From NCBI RefSeq assembly GCF_006345805.1, contig NC_043000.1:40424001-40488000 (forward strand): DNA of 64,000 bases, written 5' to 3'. This document shows, piece by piece, positions 1 through 14,591 of the stretch. The notes beneath the pieces were generated by a model. That model ran no database searches and had not been told where the DNA came from. It saw nothing but the letters and a program-made list of their open reading frames with translations. Source of the stretch: Octopus sinensis. Its lineage: Eukaryota. The position numbers and the translations under genes were made by a program. Numbering within the stretch: the first letter of the stretch is position 1; the number at the start of each line of letters is the position of its first letter.

Positions 1-221
1 ATTGTGCGAATTTGCTTTTTGTCCATGTTGTATTCAACGTTCTGAAAAAAATGGTCTAATTATTCAAAAAGAAAAAGAATAATACGATAGGATAGAGCGA
101 AAAACGGGCATAAAAATGATGTATAAAGTCAAAGTAATTTAACGAAAATTAATTTGAAAATACATAATTTAAAACGAAAATTTAAAATTCAACAAGAACT
201 TTCTTGACAACCTAATATATA

Positions 222-608
222 GGCGCAGGCATGGCTGTGTGGTAAGTAGCTTGCTTACCAACCACATGGTTCTGGGTTCAGTCCCACTGCGTGGAATCTT
301 GGGCAAGTGTCTTCTACTATAGCCTCGGTACGACCAAAGCCTTATGAGTGAATTTGGTCGACGGAGACTGAAAGAAGCCGTCGTATATGTGTGTGTGTGT
401 GTGTGTGTATGTGTGTGTTTGCGTTTGTCCCCCCACCATCGCTTGATCACCAATACTGGTATGTTTACGTCCCCGTAACTTAGGGGTACGACGGGGAGAC
501 CGATAGGATAAGTACTAGACTTACAAAGAATAAGTCCTGGGGTCGATTTGTTCGACTAAAGCGGTGCTCCAGCATGACCGCAGTCAAATGACTGAAACAA
601 ATAAAAGA
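222..608 (+). mobile_element. tRNA-derived SINE, family A (full length, internal CA/GT microsatellite)
   Basis: Head GGCGCAGGCATGGCTGTGTGGTAAG with A-box-like TGGCTGTGTGG and B-box-like GGTTCAGTCCC. Body and 3' part (GTCCCCGTAACTTAG...GGCGGTGCTCCAGCATG...ACTGAAACA) recur at 24.1, 36.1 and 46.8 kb. Confidence 0.9.
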
Positions 609-801
609 ATATATATATATATATATATATATTGTATTTCGGGATGATTTTTTTTTTTGCTAAATAAACACACGCACTATACATGCGTTCTTTACTCGTT
701 TAGTACTGTTTTTATTCGAACTCATGTCCATTGGCCGGAAATCTTTCGTCACACATCTTTGACCTCTTCAGCGACAGTTTCCGTTTTCGTGTTGGTTCCT
801 G

Positions 802-807
802 CATGTG

Positions 808-839
<32 letters not shown>

Positions 840-945
840 TGTATGTATGTATGTATGTATGTATGTATGTATGCATGTATGTATGTATGTATGTATGTAT
901 GTGTATGTATGTATGTATGCATGTATGTATGTATGTGTGTATGCA
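802..945. repeat. (TATG)n microsatellite
   Basis: Direct tandem tetranucleotide repeat. Similar arrays lie at about 7360-7430, 26050-26150, 29350-29480, 33810-33880, 37820-37880 and 60740-60790. Confidence 0.98.
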
Positions 946-1942
946 TGTAGCATTTTATGTATACATATTGACACATATGCACTCACAGAGCATACACATG
1001 TATATCATGTAGCAAAAAAAAAAGCATTAAAATTTGGAACGAAAAAAGAAAAAAAAAGAACAACTAACAGGTTAATAGTTTAACGCTTGAGAAGTTGAAA
1101 AGAGTATGGAGAGTCTTAACGATTGGGTCATTAGTCCTTTTTCAGGAAGGAGGAAAGAAGCGGAAAGAAAAACATAGAGAATCTGAAACCGCCACCACTC
1201 CCAAAAAATGAATAAACTTTTAAAAACAGCAAAATAGTAAAATGTATTATAAAAATTTTATCAGGAGTGCAAGGGGAAGGTGAGAAGCTAAAAGCCGGAA
1301 TACTGTTTCATGGAGACAAGAAGGGAGTTGGCTTAGGTATATAGCTGCATGTTTCAGAGTGCTTGAGTGCCTGGAAGGTGGAATGGTATAAGCGCTTGTT
1401 GGTAAGGTGTATGAATGTGCACAGATGTGTGTAATTGTATAAATTTAGTGGTGTTGATTAGTGGTAGTTGTATTAGTCGGTGTGGTGTATATAACTGCTG
1501 AATGGTGTGTGTGTGTGTGTGTGAACTAAATTTTGCAGAAAGGTGAACGTGTGTGCCACGGCGAACGAGTTATTTCAGAGTGTGCGTGTGTGTAAACAAA
1601 AACACATCATTACAGTGAAATGTATTTAGTGGCGTGCGAAAAGGAAACATTGATCGATATGTTAAAACGAGTTAAGATAATAATATAAAATTCGAGACGG
1701 TAAAACTTAAGATGGTGGTAAAATTGCGAGAAAATGATAAAAATACATGATGGTGAAACTCATTTGAACGAAGGAGAATGGTTGACAGAATAAAAGAGAG
1801 AAGAACAGAAGTATTCTTTTTTGAAAGAAGAGATAATGCACAGGTAAGGAATCGCGTATGTGGTTATAAAGTCAGGTGTGGTCGAGCAGTTGAGCGACGA
1901 GTGGAAGGAAGAGATATAGGGAGCGAGTGAGAAAGAGGGACC

Positions 1943-1944
<2 letters not shown>

Positions 1945-1987
<43 letters not shown>
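1945..1987. repeat. (GA)n microsatellite
   Basis: Uninterrupted GA dinucleotide run. Confidence 0.97.
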
Positions 1988-1988
<1 letters not shown>

Positions 1989-2696
1989 ATGATTCAAAAC
2001 TACGAACTAAAAACATTTTCCCGAGTGTAAATGTGTGTGTATGAAGGTGCCAGTGTATATACCTTCGTATGTGTTTGACAAATGATAGATGTGTGCGTGT
2101 GCATGTGTTTGTATGTATAAGTGAAGGTTGTGTGTCAGTGAGGGTTGGAGGGAAGTGTAATGTATAGATGGAGGGAGGTGAGTGTGGGTGGCTATATACG
2201 TGCGTGTATGTGTGTATGTGTATTAGGACCCAGTCGAGCCGGGTCATTTCTTAATTAATGTTTAATGGCGTCGGTGTTTTAGTAAGACAATTTTACGATA
2301 CACTACCGTTTAGATTTGACAAATGTTGGAGTTTATGAATTTATTTATGAATGGAACTTGTAAAATGATATCGTTAAGAAACACAATTAAAGTGCCGATC
2401 TGTTTCTTCTTCGTTGACACTTGTAAAATGAACTCCTTACTGAATCACTTAATCAAATTAATCACTTCTAGACAAGTCACCCCGATAGCCTTATACAAGT
2501 AAACACATTCACTGAGTAATTGCATTTATTTATTCACAAGCGTTATGTCTAAATGACTGTAGGTCAACAATTATATAATATGAATTATATAATCGATATG
2601 ACAATATCATTTCCCTCTTCCATATCTTCATGCCCCTTATATGACTTACCACTGATACGTAAATGAAGGACTTGTAAAACGTGGAATAAATGTATT

Positions 2697-3140
2697 GTTG
2701 GGTTGTCCGGAAAGTTCGTGCCGATTTTTAAAGGAAAGAAAAAGGTCAATAAATACGTGCCATTACATTTTTAATCAAGTAAATATGAACCATTTTGTTA
2801 CACAATGCGTCCCCATCTTTCCTTTAACTTGAAAATACCCTCTTCCCAAGATTGAGGTGGTTTCATGGCAAAGAATTCATGAAGGTATCATTTTATGTCA
2901 TCCAAGGAATTGACATTTTTACCATTAAGACTATTCTGCAGAGACCCGAATAAGTGGAAATCCGAAGGAGCAATATCTGGTAAATATGCTCGGTCACTGA
3001 AGGTAACTTTCTGGATTTTAAGATTGTGTGAGACTAATGATAACACTAGAGAAATGTTTGCCTTCCTACACACTCGGATAATCAGTGTTCGTTATGCACT
3101 GCCAGAAGTAGCCATCAGGTTTCCTGGACCCTCTCTCATT
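2697..3140 (-). mobile_element. mariner transposon 3' relic (transposase C-terminus plus TIR)
   Basis: Minus-strand peptide AYLPDIAPSDFHLFGSLQNSLNGK matches the mariner YSPDLAPSDYHLF motif. It has stops and frameshifts and ends in a TIR-like TTGGGTTGTCCGGAAAGTTCGTGCCGATTT. Confidence 0.85.
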
Positions 3141-3217
3141 TACTACATGTATGTACATACATACATACATACATTCATACGCACATACATACATATATAC
3201 ATACATACGCGTGTGTG

Positions 3218-3258
<41 letters not shown>

Positions 3259-3284
3259 GTAATATGTATATATCGTGTGGGTAA

Positions 3285-3410
3285 GGTAGACGAGTTTAGC
3301 AAAAATTTAGATTCAGATGAATATGGTACTTAAGTTGAGGCACCAGAATTTAGTACGGTATTATCCATATAATTTCAAAATAAGATGAATAAAATCAAAA
3401 TAAGTAACAA
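3285..3410. repeat. Interspersed repeat fragment (family also at 32113-32620, 3655-3690, 4140-4170)
   Basis: TTTAGATTCAGATGAATATGGTACTTAAGTTGAGGCACCAGAATT is the reverse complement of about 32570-32615. The motif CCTTGTTGCTTATTTTGA is shared by all copies. Confidence 0.75.
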
Positions 3411-3690
3411 GTCTTTCTTCCTGATACCTTAGTAGCTTCTAAGCTGAAATGAAGACAGCATGTTCTTTGCGATCTCCGTGCCTTCTTGGAGATTTTAGGT
3501 AAAATGATACTAATGTGTCCATCTGTTTTAATTTAATTAAATTCTATGTCTTTGTCTTTATGCAGCTGAGGGTTACTCTGCATTTAAATTGATGTAATGA
3601 TTGCATTGTTCAATCAAATGGAGTTGCTTGAAACGATCGTACTGCATTACCTCTGGATATCCTTGTTGCTTATTTTGATTATTTATATAT

Positions 3691-3726
<36 letters not shown>

Positions 3727-3949
3727 AACAAACAGGTGACAACAAAACATTCGGACAGTTAGACGATACAAAAAAGGATAGGAAAAACAAGGACTTGTCA
3801 TTCGGAGCTTTCAATCTTCAGCCAAGTACCAGATCGTCTTTGCAGTTTTAGCCGGTTACTCTCGAGACTGCTCTAATCTGGCCGGCCCCAAGAAAATCTA
3901 ACCTGAGCCCTAGATTCTTTGGAAGAAAGCAAACGAATATATTTACGTG

Positions 3950-3981
<32 letters not shown>

Positions 3982-4001
3982 CATGTATGTATGTATGCTT
4001 G

Positions 4002-4041
<40 letters not shown>

Positions 4042-4199
4042 AATAGTTAAGATTCAATTTATTTGGTTTATTTCAAATTGATGTTATGTTTTCATTGATC
4101 GATTGAATAGAGCCGCTTGAAACGGTCGTAATGCACTGTTACCTGGACATCCTTGTTACTTATTTGCTTTATATATATGTATGTGTATGTATGTATGTG

Positions 4200-4231
<32 letters not shown>

Positions 4232-4602
4232 ATATATATATAGCAAGGACACAGTATTTAGTTTTGCAATTATGATATACTTCCAAGTATATTAAATGTT
4301 TACATGTCAATATTTTCTCACTCTTTGTTATCAGTGCGATATCCTCATTTTTAAGTTTATCTCCACAAACTATCTATAGAATTCAGACCCAGAGCTGAAG
4401 TTACAAGGTTTTGCATACGAATACGTTTGCAATGCTTTCGTGGATAGTTGATGGGTTGGCTGTAGTGTGGATGAAAGAGGAATAACTTTCGAAATATACG
4501 TCTTCAATCGTTTACGAAATATCTTAACTGTTAGTGCTGGCTCGGAATTCAATAGAAAGTATGTAGAGTTAAACTTGAAAATTGTGTGTGCGTGTGTGTG
4601 TG

Positions 4603-4673
<71 letters not shown>

Positions 4674-5689
4674 GTGTGTTTGTGCGAGCGTGCGTGTGTA
4701 CGCTTGAACGCGCGCGAGTGCGCGTATAGAAAACATGATTATGCTCGAATTTTAACTTGTGTGAATTTTGTTTTCATATACGCGTTCGCACACTCGCACA
4801 TGTCCATATACATAGAGAGCAGCTTTTCTTTGGGACATATTGTACTGAAAATCCGTCTGTTCTAAATTTAGATTAATTAATTAGAAGGATTTTCATATTT
4901 TCATATGCATGAGTCATGCATGAGCTCCTAAACACGTCATCAACAAAATTTCTGGTCAACTAAGTCTGATCATCAGGATGTGAAATGTTGCTCATTAAAT
5001 TGCACAAGTGTAAATGATACAAGCGTGATGAATAACAAGTTTCAAATGATGGTAGTAATGTTTAATGAAATCCTAGTAATAATATAATCAGAAATAACGT
5101 TTAATTACGAAAAAAATCATCAATTACGGTAAAAAAAAAAAATCATTTACGCACAGGACGGATTTAAACCATGGGAGACCCAGGGCATTTCAAGTTCGGT
5201 GGACCCCTTATACACAAGAATTAAAATCTTAGAAAATTACCAAATTTAAGTCTCAAAACCCATATATTTCATGTAACTGATGAGTTAATAGAGAAAGTTT
5301 TAATAAATGACTGAAAATGTAGCTTTATAGATGCACTTATCAAAATTCAAATTTCATTTTTCACACATTCACTTGTGATGAGTCTCATTAACTTCATATT
5401 ATGTGCTATTTTTCTATAATCCTTCTTTCATTTGACCAAGATACTTTAAATTTTGTAGCATTTCTGATGTCTAAGGATGAATGTTAGTGTGTATTCGTAT
5501 GACTCCTTTTTCAAATTTAATTCTGGAGAACTGGAAGGCCATGTTTATTTGGTCTTTTCTTACCCATTTTAAACAAAATGGAGGAAGGAAAAGAGAGTAA
5601 GATTTCTTTTCTTTTAATGCAGGTTACAAATATTTCAGAATGCAGAATACATATGTTGGGACAGGACATCACAAAACAGAAACAACAAA

Positions 5690-6200
5690 AAATATGAAGT
5701 ACGAGGACATGGAATAAGGATTTTTTGCAAGCAACGAAAGAAACAAATGGAAAATAAAACAAGCAACACAAGGAACGCCCTTTCATCAGTTGTCGGCTGT
5801 TTTTCTAGTCAGTATTTCGAGCGATTCATGACAAGATACGCCTTCGATAAAACAGTTGCTCCCGCAAAGCAAATTAAATAAACTTTGCGATCTTGCGAAG
5901 GGTCAAGATTGATGACAAAAACAGGACAGTGAAAACAGACAGGAAGGGTTGCTAAGCCTAAACGAGGTTGTTGTGGAAAACGCGAAGAAATAAGTGTGGG
6001 CAGGAGACAGAGAACATTACGTCTTCCCTGTTCAGCTGAAATAGGAAGAAAGAAAGAAACACAAGCTGGGAGAATAGCCGATGGTCATGTGGGGGCCACG
6101 CCACCACAACCTCGTTTAGACTTAGCAGCCCTTCTTGTCTGTTCTCACTATAAGAGTGCGCATCGTAATTATTAAGATAAAACTTACTTGGAAAAAGGAT
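5690..6200. repeat. Non-autonomous interspersed repeat with internal inverted segment (second copy at 44440-44995)
   Basis: Colinear similarity with 44440-44995 (CTTCATCAGTTGTCGGCT...AGATACGCCTTCGATAAAACAG...AAGGATGCGTGG). Inside, 5935-5985 is inverted against 6095-6145. Fragments also occur at about 6400-6470 and 16090-16310. Confidence 0.8.
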
Positions 6201-7151
6201 GCGTGGCGTTCGATCATATAATAATATAAATAATATATAAATATTTGCATATATACATACATACATGTTCATACCTACATATATATGTATATATACATGC
6301 ATATGTGGACATCAAAAAAGAAAAAAACGTAGGCACAATGAGAAATGAGAACATAAAAACAAAAACATAGAAAACGAACTTTTTTCGAACAACGTAAAAA
6401 ACAAACAGAGAAATGAGACATGCAACACAAAGAACATTCCCTTCATCAGTTGTCCCCTGTTTTATTAGGATATTTATTAGGTTATAAAAATATAGAAATC
6501 TAAAATAATTCTTTTTCAACTGAAGAACACGAAGTGGATAAAGCTATAAATAGTAGTATGCAAAAGATCGGTTTAAAAACCTTTTGGATACAATGTTTCA
6601 TGCGCATCCTTGTATATGGAGCTTATTTAGGTATATACATATATATTTATGCCTACATGAGCTTTTGTATATTTGCGACAGTTCTGTATGGCCTTTGAGT
6701 GCATATTGTTGGGAACATATCTTCCTATGTGTACTTATTCGTGTGTATATAAAGAGTGTATCTATATGTTATTGATACTGTAAATAATATTTGCATCCAA
6801 ACAAGAAGGCAGCGTAAGAGAAAAGGTCATATTATTGTTTGCATAAAACAGTTGTGTGCGTACGCATGTGTAAACATGTGTGCGTATGTAAACACACATA
6901 CACGCACACAAATACATACACATATATTTACATACACACACATACATAAAATACATAAGTATACATGTGAATATATGTGCAACATATGTTTGTGTGTGTG
7001 TATTCATACATACACACATACATACATGTATAGTGTTTGCGTTTCTCTTTATACGCACACGCATATAATTATGTACATATAATGTGTATGTGTATGTATA
7101 TATGTATATGTGCGTGTGTGAGTGTGGTGTGTATCTATGTATATATAGATA

Positions 7152-7194
<43 letters not shown>

Positions 7195-7255
7195 GTGTAA
7201 GTATGTATATACAAATATGTCAGTGTGTGTATGTATGTATTTATTTGTCTTTCCA

Positions 7256-7335
<80 letters not shown>

Positions 7336-7402
7336 CATATATACATACACACACCCATACGTACATACATACATACATACATACATACCATACATACATA
7401 CA

Positions 7403-7434
<32 letters not shown>

Positions 7435-7816
7435 AGGTTCAAATGCAACAGGCCGGATATTGTGCGCTACAACAGGAAACAAAGAAACAAGTAACAAAGC
7501 AAAAACTCAGCAAACACCCAATAACCAACCAGCTTTTAGGGTGAAAAATGTTCGTCTGACATGAATATCACATGTCTAATAAGTGAATGCTAAAGAGAAC
7601 ACCCATAAGTGATTAATGAGTATTCGGTAGCATTAATCGGCCTCGAATTGTTTTATTCTAACATTTGTACCTATGTTCCGCATTGGGAGTATCTTCTAAA
7701 TCTCTTTGGTTATGTGATGTGATTGACAAAACCCAATGGTGTGTGGATGTGCTCATGTAATAATGCATCTCACTATACATATAAATGTGTGTGTGTGTGT
7801 GTGTGTGTTTGTTTGT

Positions 7817-7858
<42 letters not shown>

Positions 7859-7861
7859 ATA

Positions 7862-8465
7862 TATTAAATCACTGAGCGAGAAATAAACAGTAGCAGTACG
7901 GAATCGTAAAATATAATTACCAACTAAATGTGGCCTTCCCACAGAGGACGATGCTACAGTTGTTTTTAGCCCCAGACATCTCCTCCAGCTGACTAACAAC
8001 ACACTGTATGTGTCTGATTAGTATTTGCGAGGGGAAATCATCGTTCCCATCCTGGGGTTGAAAACAACAGTAGCATCGTCCTCTATGGGACCACCACATT
8101 TAGTTGATAATTATATTTTACGATTCCTTGCTGCCACTGTTTACTTCTCGCTGAGAGATTTAATATTGCTTATATCTCCTTTTTCGTGACCAGCGGCAAT
8201 TTAACACTGGAAAAAGCATATAGTATTTAGCGTGTGGAATGAGTTTTCATCACTAGCCCGTGATTATCACACACCGATGGCGGGTTACTGCCCAGAAATC
8301 TGGGTTTGTGTATATCCCTTCGCAATTTCTCTTCGCAAATACTAATCGGACACAAGCAGTGTGTCGTTAGCCAGCTGGAGGAGATGTCCTCCTGGGGCTA
8401 AAAACAACAGTAGCATCGCCGTCTATGGGACTACCACATTTAGTTGGCAGTTATATTTTACGATA
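7862..8465. repeat. Nested inverted-repeat (fold-back) element
   Basis: 7862-7975 is inverted against 8052-8165, and about 7900-8035 is inverted against 8330-8465. Confidence 0.85.
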
Positions 8466-8724
8466 TATATACATATATATGTGTGTGTGTAAGTATAACA
8501 ATAATCACTATATAATAACATAATAATATATTCTCCGATTTAAAACGACATTTTTTAATATAAACAATTGACTGAAAAATGATGAGCTAACCAGCCCAGA
8601 ATCGAGCACACATATCATCTCTAACACGGCTCCATGCACATCCGATTGGGCCAAACGCTCACCCATCAATATCAGCCAAATTTTATGAACATATACTTTA
8701 ACTGTCCAATGCTACATATAATAT

Positions 8725-8948
8725 TTGTAAGTTACAGAGATAGAGCGACTGTGGAAGTTTCCCAGTACAATCAACTTTATAATAATATGTCATAATAATA
8801 ATATATATACTCCGATTTAAAGCGATATTTCTTAAATATAAATTGTCGCTTGAAATCGGAGCATATATATTACTATTATGATATATTATTATATAATTAT
8901 TATTGTACTAAGAGACTTCCATAGTCGCTCTGTCTCCGTAACTTACAA
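8725..8948. repeat. Imperfect palindrome
   Basis: TTGTAAGTTAC..AGAGCGACTGTGGAAG on the left versus CTTCCATAGTCGCTCT..GTAACTTACAA on the right; inner CTCCGATTT / AAATCGGAG. Confidence 0.85.
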
Positions 8949-9057
8949 GGCCTTCGGGTTTGTTTACAAATATTACATGTACACAGACACACACACATGC
9001 ACACACATGTATATAAATACAGACACAAAGACACGCACACATAAACATATATATACG

Positions 9058-9203
9058 ACAAGCTTCTTTCAGTTTCCATCTATCAAATTCACTGGCAGGC
9101 CTTCAGATGTCTCGAGGCAATGGTAGAAGACACTTGCCCGAGTTTTCACGCGTTGGAGCTGAACCCGAAACCATGTGGTTAAGAAGCAAACATCTTATTA
9201 CAG
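9058..9203 (-). mobile_element. SINE family A, 5' portion
   Basis: Reverse complement of the family A head (CTTCTTTCAGTTTCC...AGAAGACACTTGCCC...GAACCCGAAACCATGTGG). Confidence 0.8.
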
Positions 9204-10630
9204 ACTCGCGATATATATATACATATAAGATAAGCAGATTTAACAGTTGTAGTAACCGACTAAGGGATAAAATATCCGTATTTACTATCAGTATCAGTTA
9301 TCCATGTTATCTCTGGGCATGAGTATGCAGGCACACTATGCTCGTAGGGTACAGGTAACAACAGAATAAACAAAAGTCTATCAGGAATCAAATTTAGATA
9401 ATCAGAAAATGGAGAAAACTTTAAATCAGCAAACAATTGGACCACATATGTAGATTATTTATTAATACAAAACATGATATAACATTTCTGTGACATAACA
9501 ATTCTTACGGCCGTTTCTGCTTCTAATGTCAGTCGGTGCCTACAAAAGAATTGCGAAAATAATGTTCTTCATCTTCATAGGATATTCGAACTAGTACATG
9601 GAACTTCATTAGAGTGAATATAAAAGCGTCCAAAAAATAAACAAAGGGAAGAGGAAAGAAAACATGGCCTAGAGAAGGAGCCAGGAGAGAAATGACGTCA
9701 AACTATGTGAACGTCTCATCCAGAAAAGACTGGCGAGAGATGTAGATTGGCTATAAGTTTGGGAGGAGTCCATTGTGATGATAAGATATATTTTTATCAC
9801 CTGGGTAACTGATGTCACGCCGTATCACGTTTCTGGCATACTAATACTACGCTTAAAGCAACTAGATGTAATCATCCGTACAACATACTGTCCATTGCCT
9901 ATATCTAATCCTGATGTTAAGCCTCTGTCTTTTCTGGATGAGACGTCCATAAGCGGGACGTCATTTCTCTCACCTCTCGATATTTTTTCTCTTCTATTTT
10001 CTTCTCTTCCATTTATTCTATATCGAAATATTAAACGAATTTAACCAAAACATCAATGTGTTTGTCTTTCTTTTTTTGCTTTTGCATTTTTTTGTCTTTC
10101 TTTTAGGGAGACATCAGACTCACCAATGTCACATGACCCTAGCATCAGGTCGTCTCTGCTATGTCACAGAAAGTGTAAAAACAACAAGAATCTTGACTTG
10201 AACGTTGTAATATGATGTTTAGAGAAGAAATATACTTTTCCCTAACCTTTTTATTACGTAATATCATATAGAAAACATATGTATATGACTGCTAGCAAGC
10301 CCAAACTTCGAAGTCACCGTCAATCTCTTTTCTGTGGAAAAGTTAATAAATGCTTTCTATTACAAAGTTTTGAGTAATTCTTCAGGTTAATGCTAAGTTG
10401 CTTTTATATATAACGTCACATAAAAAGAAATATTTAGTCCGCACACACGCGTACACACACACACACACACACTCACACATTGATATAAATATACAAGCGC
10501 AAATATTCATAAAACAGACGTGTAAACAAATATGTTTGTGTGTGTGTATGTTAGTATACGTATATATGATATGAAATGTATGTATGCATATATATGTGTG
10601 TGTGTGTGCGTGTGTATATATATGTGTACA

Positions 10631-12095
<1,465 letters not shown>

Positions 12096-12866
12096 TGTGT
12101 GTGTGTGTGTATGTATATATATATAATATATGGCCCAGTGATTGGTGCAGCGATTCTCAGACCGGGTGCTGTGTGTGTTTATTGAGCGAAAACAACTAAA
12201 AGCTCCATGGGGCTCCGGCAGGGGGTGGTGGTGACCCCCGTTGTACTCTTTCGCCCCAACCATCTCTCACTCTTTCTTTCTGTTTCTTGAGTAACCTGGG
12301 GGGAACACATGTGCCGCAGAAAACGGGAAACCGGGCCCATGAGCCTGGCTAGGCTTCAAAAAGGCGCATAAATAAATATATATATATATATAATATTGTA
12401 CGTTTCGTGTGGGGGTTATGTCTTTTGAAAAGTCTATTGAGGAAAATAATTTTTTAATTGTCCATATCTCGAAAGTTGCCTTTTCGTTGAAACCTATAAT
12501 ACTTTATATTCTTTTAGCTCCATTTAATGAGCGCAAACTTTTGTTCTGTGTAGAAAATTCATTATATATATATATATATATATATATATACGAACACACA
12601 TACACACATATGTGTATGTATGTTCATCACCGTGGACTCTCCTGGCGTAGACGACAGACAAGGGTTTCGCAATTTCTTGCTGAACAATCTGCACAGTTTG
12701 TCTATGATGATCAAATGTATGTAATGCGCATTAGTTCACTCGCTTAGTCAAGTCAACATTGCCTGTACATTGCCACGCGTCAGTTCACGAAATGATCGCA
12801 GAGCAAAGAGAGATGAAGTGTTTTGCTCAAGAACGCAATGCACCATACATATATTCGAATATGAGT

Positions 12867-13237
12867 GGAGGCGCAATGGCCCAGTTGTTAGGGCAGCAGA
12901 CTTGCAGTCGTAAGTTTCGATTCCCAGACCGGACGTTGTGAGTGTTTATTGAGCAAAAAAACCTAAAGCTCCACGGGCCTCCGGCAGGGAGTAGTGGCGA
13001 ACCCTGCTGTACTCTTTCCCCACAACTTTCTCTCACTCCTTCTTTCTGTTTCTGCTGTACCTGTATTTCAAAGGGTCAGCCTTGTCACACTGTGTCACGC
13101 TGAATCTTCCCGAGAAATACGTTAAGGGGTACACGTGTCTGTGGAGTGCTCAGCCACTTGTACGTTAATTTCACGAGCGGGCTGTTCCGTTGATCGGATC
13201 AACTGGAACTCTCGTCGTCGTAACCGACGGAGTGCCA
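12867..13237 (+). mobile_element. tRNA-derived SINE, family B (full length)
   Basis: A box TGGCCCAGTTGTTAG and B box GTTTCGATTCC. The 3' domain (CAAAGGGTCAGCCTTGTCACAC...GTAACCGACGGAGTGCC) is shared with 51053-51335. Confidence 0.9.
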
Positions 13238-13662
13238 TGATTCGAATCTGAAGCAGCACTCATTTTCCTTTTGTTCTCTCAGAACTGGTCGCATCCTTTG
13301 ATATAACACAGCAAGCTATTTTTAGTATATTTAGTTGATTTAGGCTGCAGGATTCTGACCCGTGGGAACTTTGTGTAGAAAGCTTCTAATTGTGCCAAAA
13401 TGCTACATGGAACAGCACCATTTCCCTACTCCTGCTGTTTTAATCTTGTTTATATCTGAAAGCACCTTAAACGAAGTTTATTTTTATGCCTGCTTTTTGA
13501 CACAAATTCTTGTGCTTTGTTCAGCGTATTGTTTCTATTTCAGAAATTGTATGGAGATGCGATACTTTTGATCTAGACAGCGCAGACATGTTATATTTGC
13601 TGCAGTTTCGACAAAACCAGGATATATTTTTGCTGTTCATTTCTTTGCATTTCAGTCTTCAG

Positions 13663-13698
13663 TTATATTGGGGTAACAAGAAGGAACATCGTTTTAAT
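13663..13698 (+). CDS. Candidate short internal exon (LYWGNKKEHRFN), product unknown
   Basis: Pyrimidine-rich acceptors end at 13655 and 13662, the donor is AAT|GTGAGT at 13699, and the frame is open. No homology recognised. Confidence 0.2.
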
Positions 13699-14418
13699 GT
13701 GAGTGTGTTTGTGTGTGCATCTATAAGTATGTAAAATAATATGTGTGTGTGTGTATACGCATATATATTAGATTAAAACGTATAAATATATGTTTATATA
13801 ATTAACTGGCGTGTGCGCGTTCGCGCATTTGAGTGTGCGCGTGTGTACATATGTAGTAAACAGATAATTCATTCATCAAAGCACTATTGAAAACAAAGCT
13901 AATTCTCAATATCCAATTTTTATTGCTATTTAATTCTTTTGTAAACTTAAAAACATTTCACATCCATTAATAGTTTGTGAGTCTTTAATATATTCTTTGA
14001 AACAATAAATTCCAAGCGACTATTTTCGTTTCCAGGCCTTCTCCATTTTATCAAATCTGCATCTGCAAGAAGATAAGCTTCAAGAAGACGAAACTGTAGA
14101 AAGGATCACACTCTCTCAGACATATTTTTCTACTACATACAATATTTAATTAATTTTCATTAATTAGCATTTCTGAGTTGTTTCCACAGTCTTTTCTGAC
14201 AAGAACCAATCATTTAGAAAATAATCTTTCTAAAAAATTGTTGCGTGGTTGTTGATGTTGGCTACTATGATATTTGGTTGAGTTAATGAATGAAAATATG
14301 TTTCTCAGCCTGTATGTAGAAGTAAACTGAACGACATCCGCGAATATTTTATCATCGCATATGAAGACAAACTGCACTGGTCTTTTACTGATAACAACAG
14401 CAATAGTTACATAATGGG

Positions 14419-14591
14419 ATGAAGGCTAGTAATACGACAACATGCGGCTTGCCCAATATAACTGGAAACATGTGTACTAAGCTCGTGGCGACAGAAATTC
14501 CTGTCATCTCTGCGCTATCTATCTTAGCTGCCTTCCTGAGTCGTCTGGCTTCTAAAAATGTGCGCCGAACGGTTTTTATAGGAGACCGGAA
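14419..14591 (+). CDS. Candidate coding exon (MKASNTTTCGLPNITGNMCTKLVATEIPVISALSILAAFLSRLASKNVRRTVFIGDR), product unknown
   Basis: Non-repetitive sequence with moderate GC and an open frame. Strong donor GAA|GTAAGC at 14592. The peptide has two NxT sites, a hydrophobic stretch and then basic residues. No homology recognised. Confidence 0.3.

Noticed and set aside
222-300. tRNA genes
   Set aside because: All A/B-box pairs belong to SINE heads, and none folds into a full cloverleaf.
5780-5800. CTGATGAAGGG strings (minus strand) in the 5.8, 6.4, 16.1 and 44.5 kb repeat family
   Set aside because: Only the first core box is present, with no downstream GAAA box or helix pairing.
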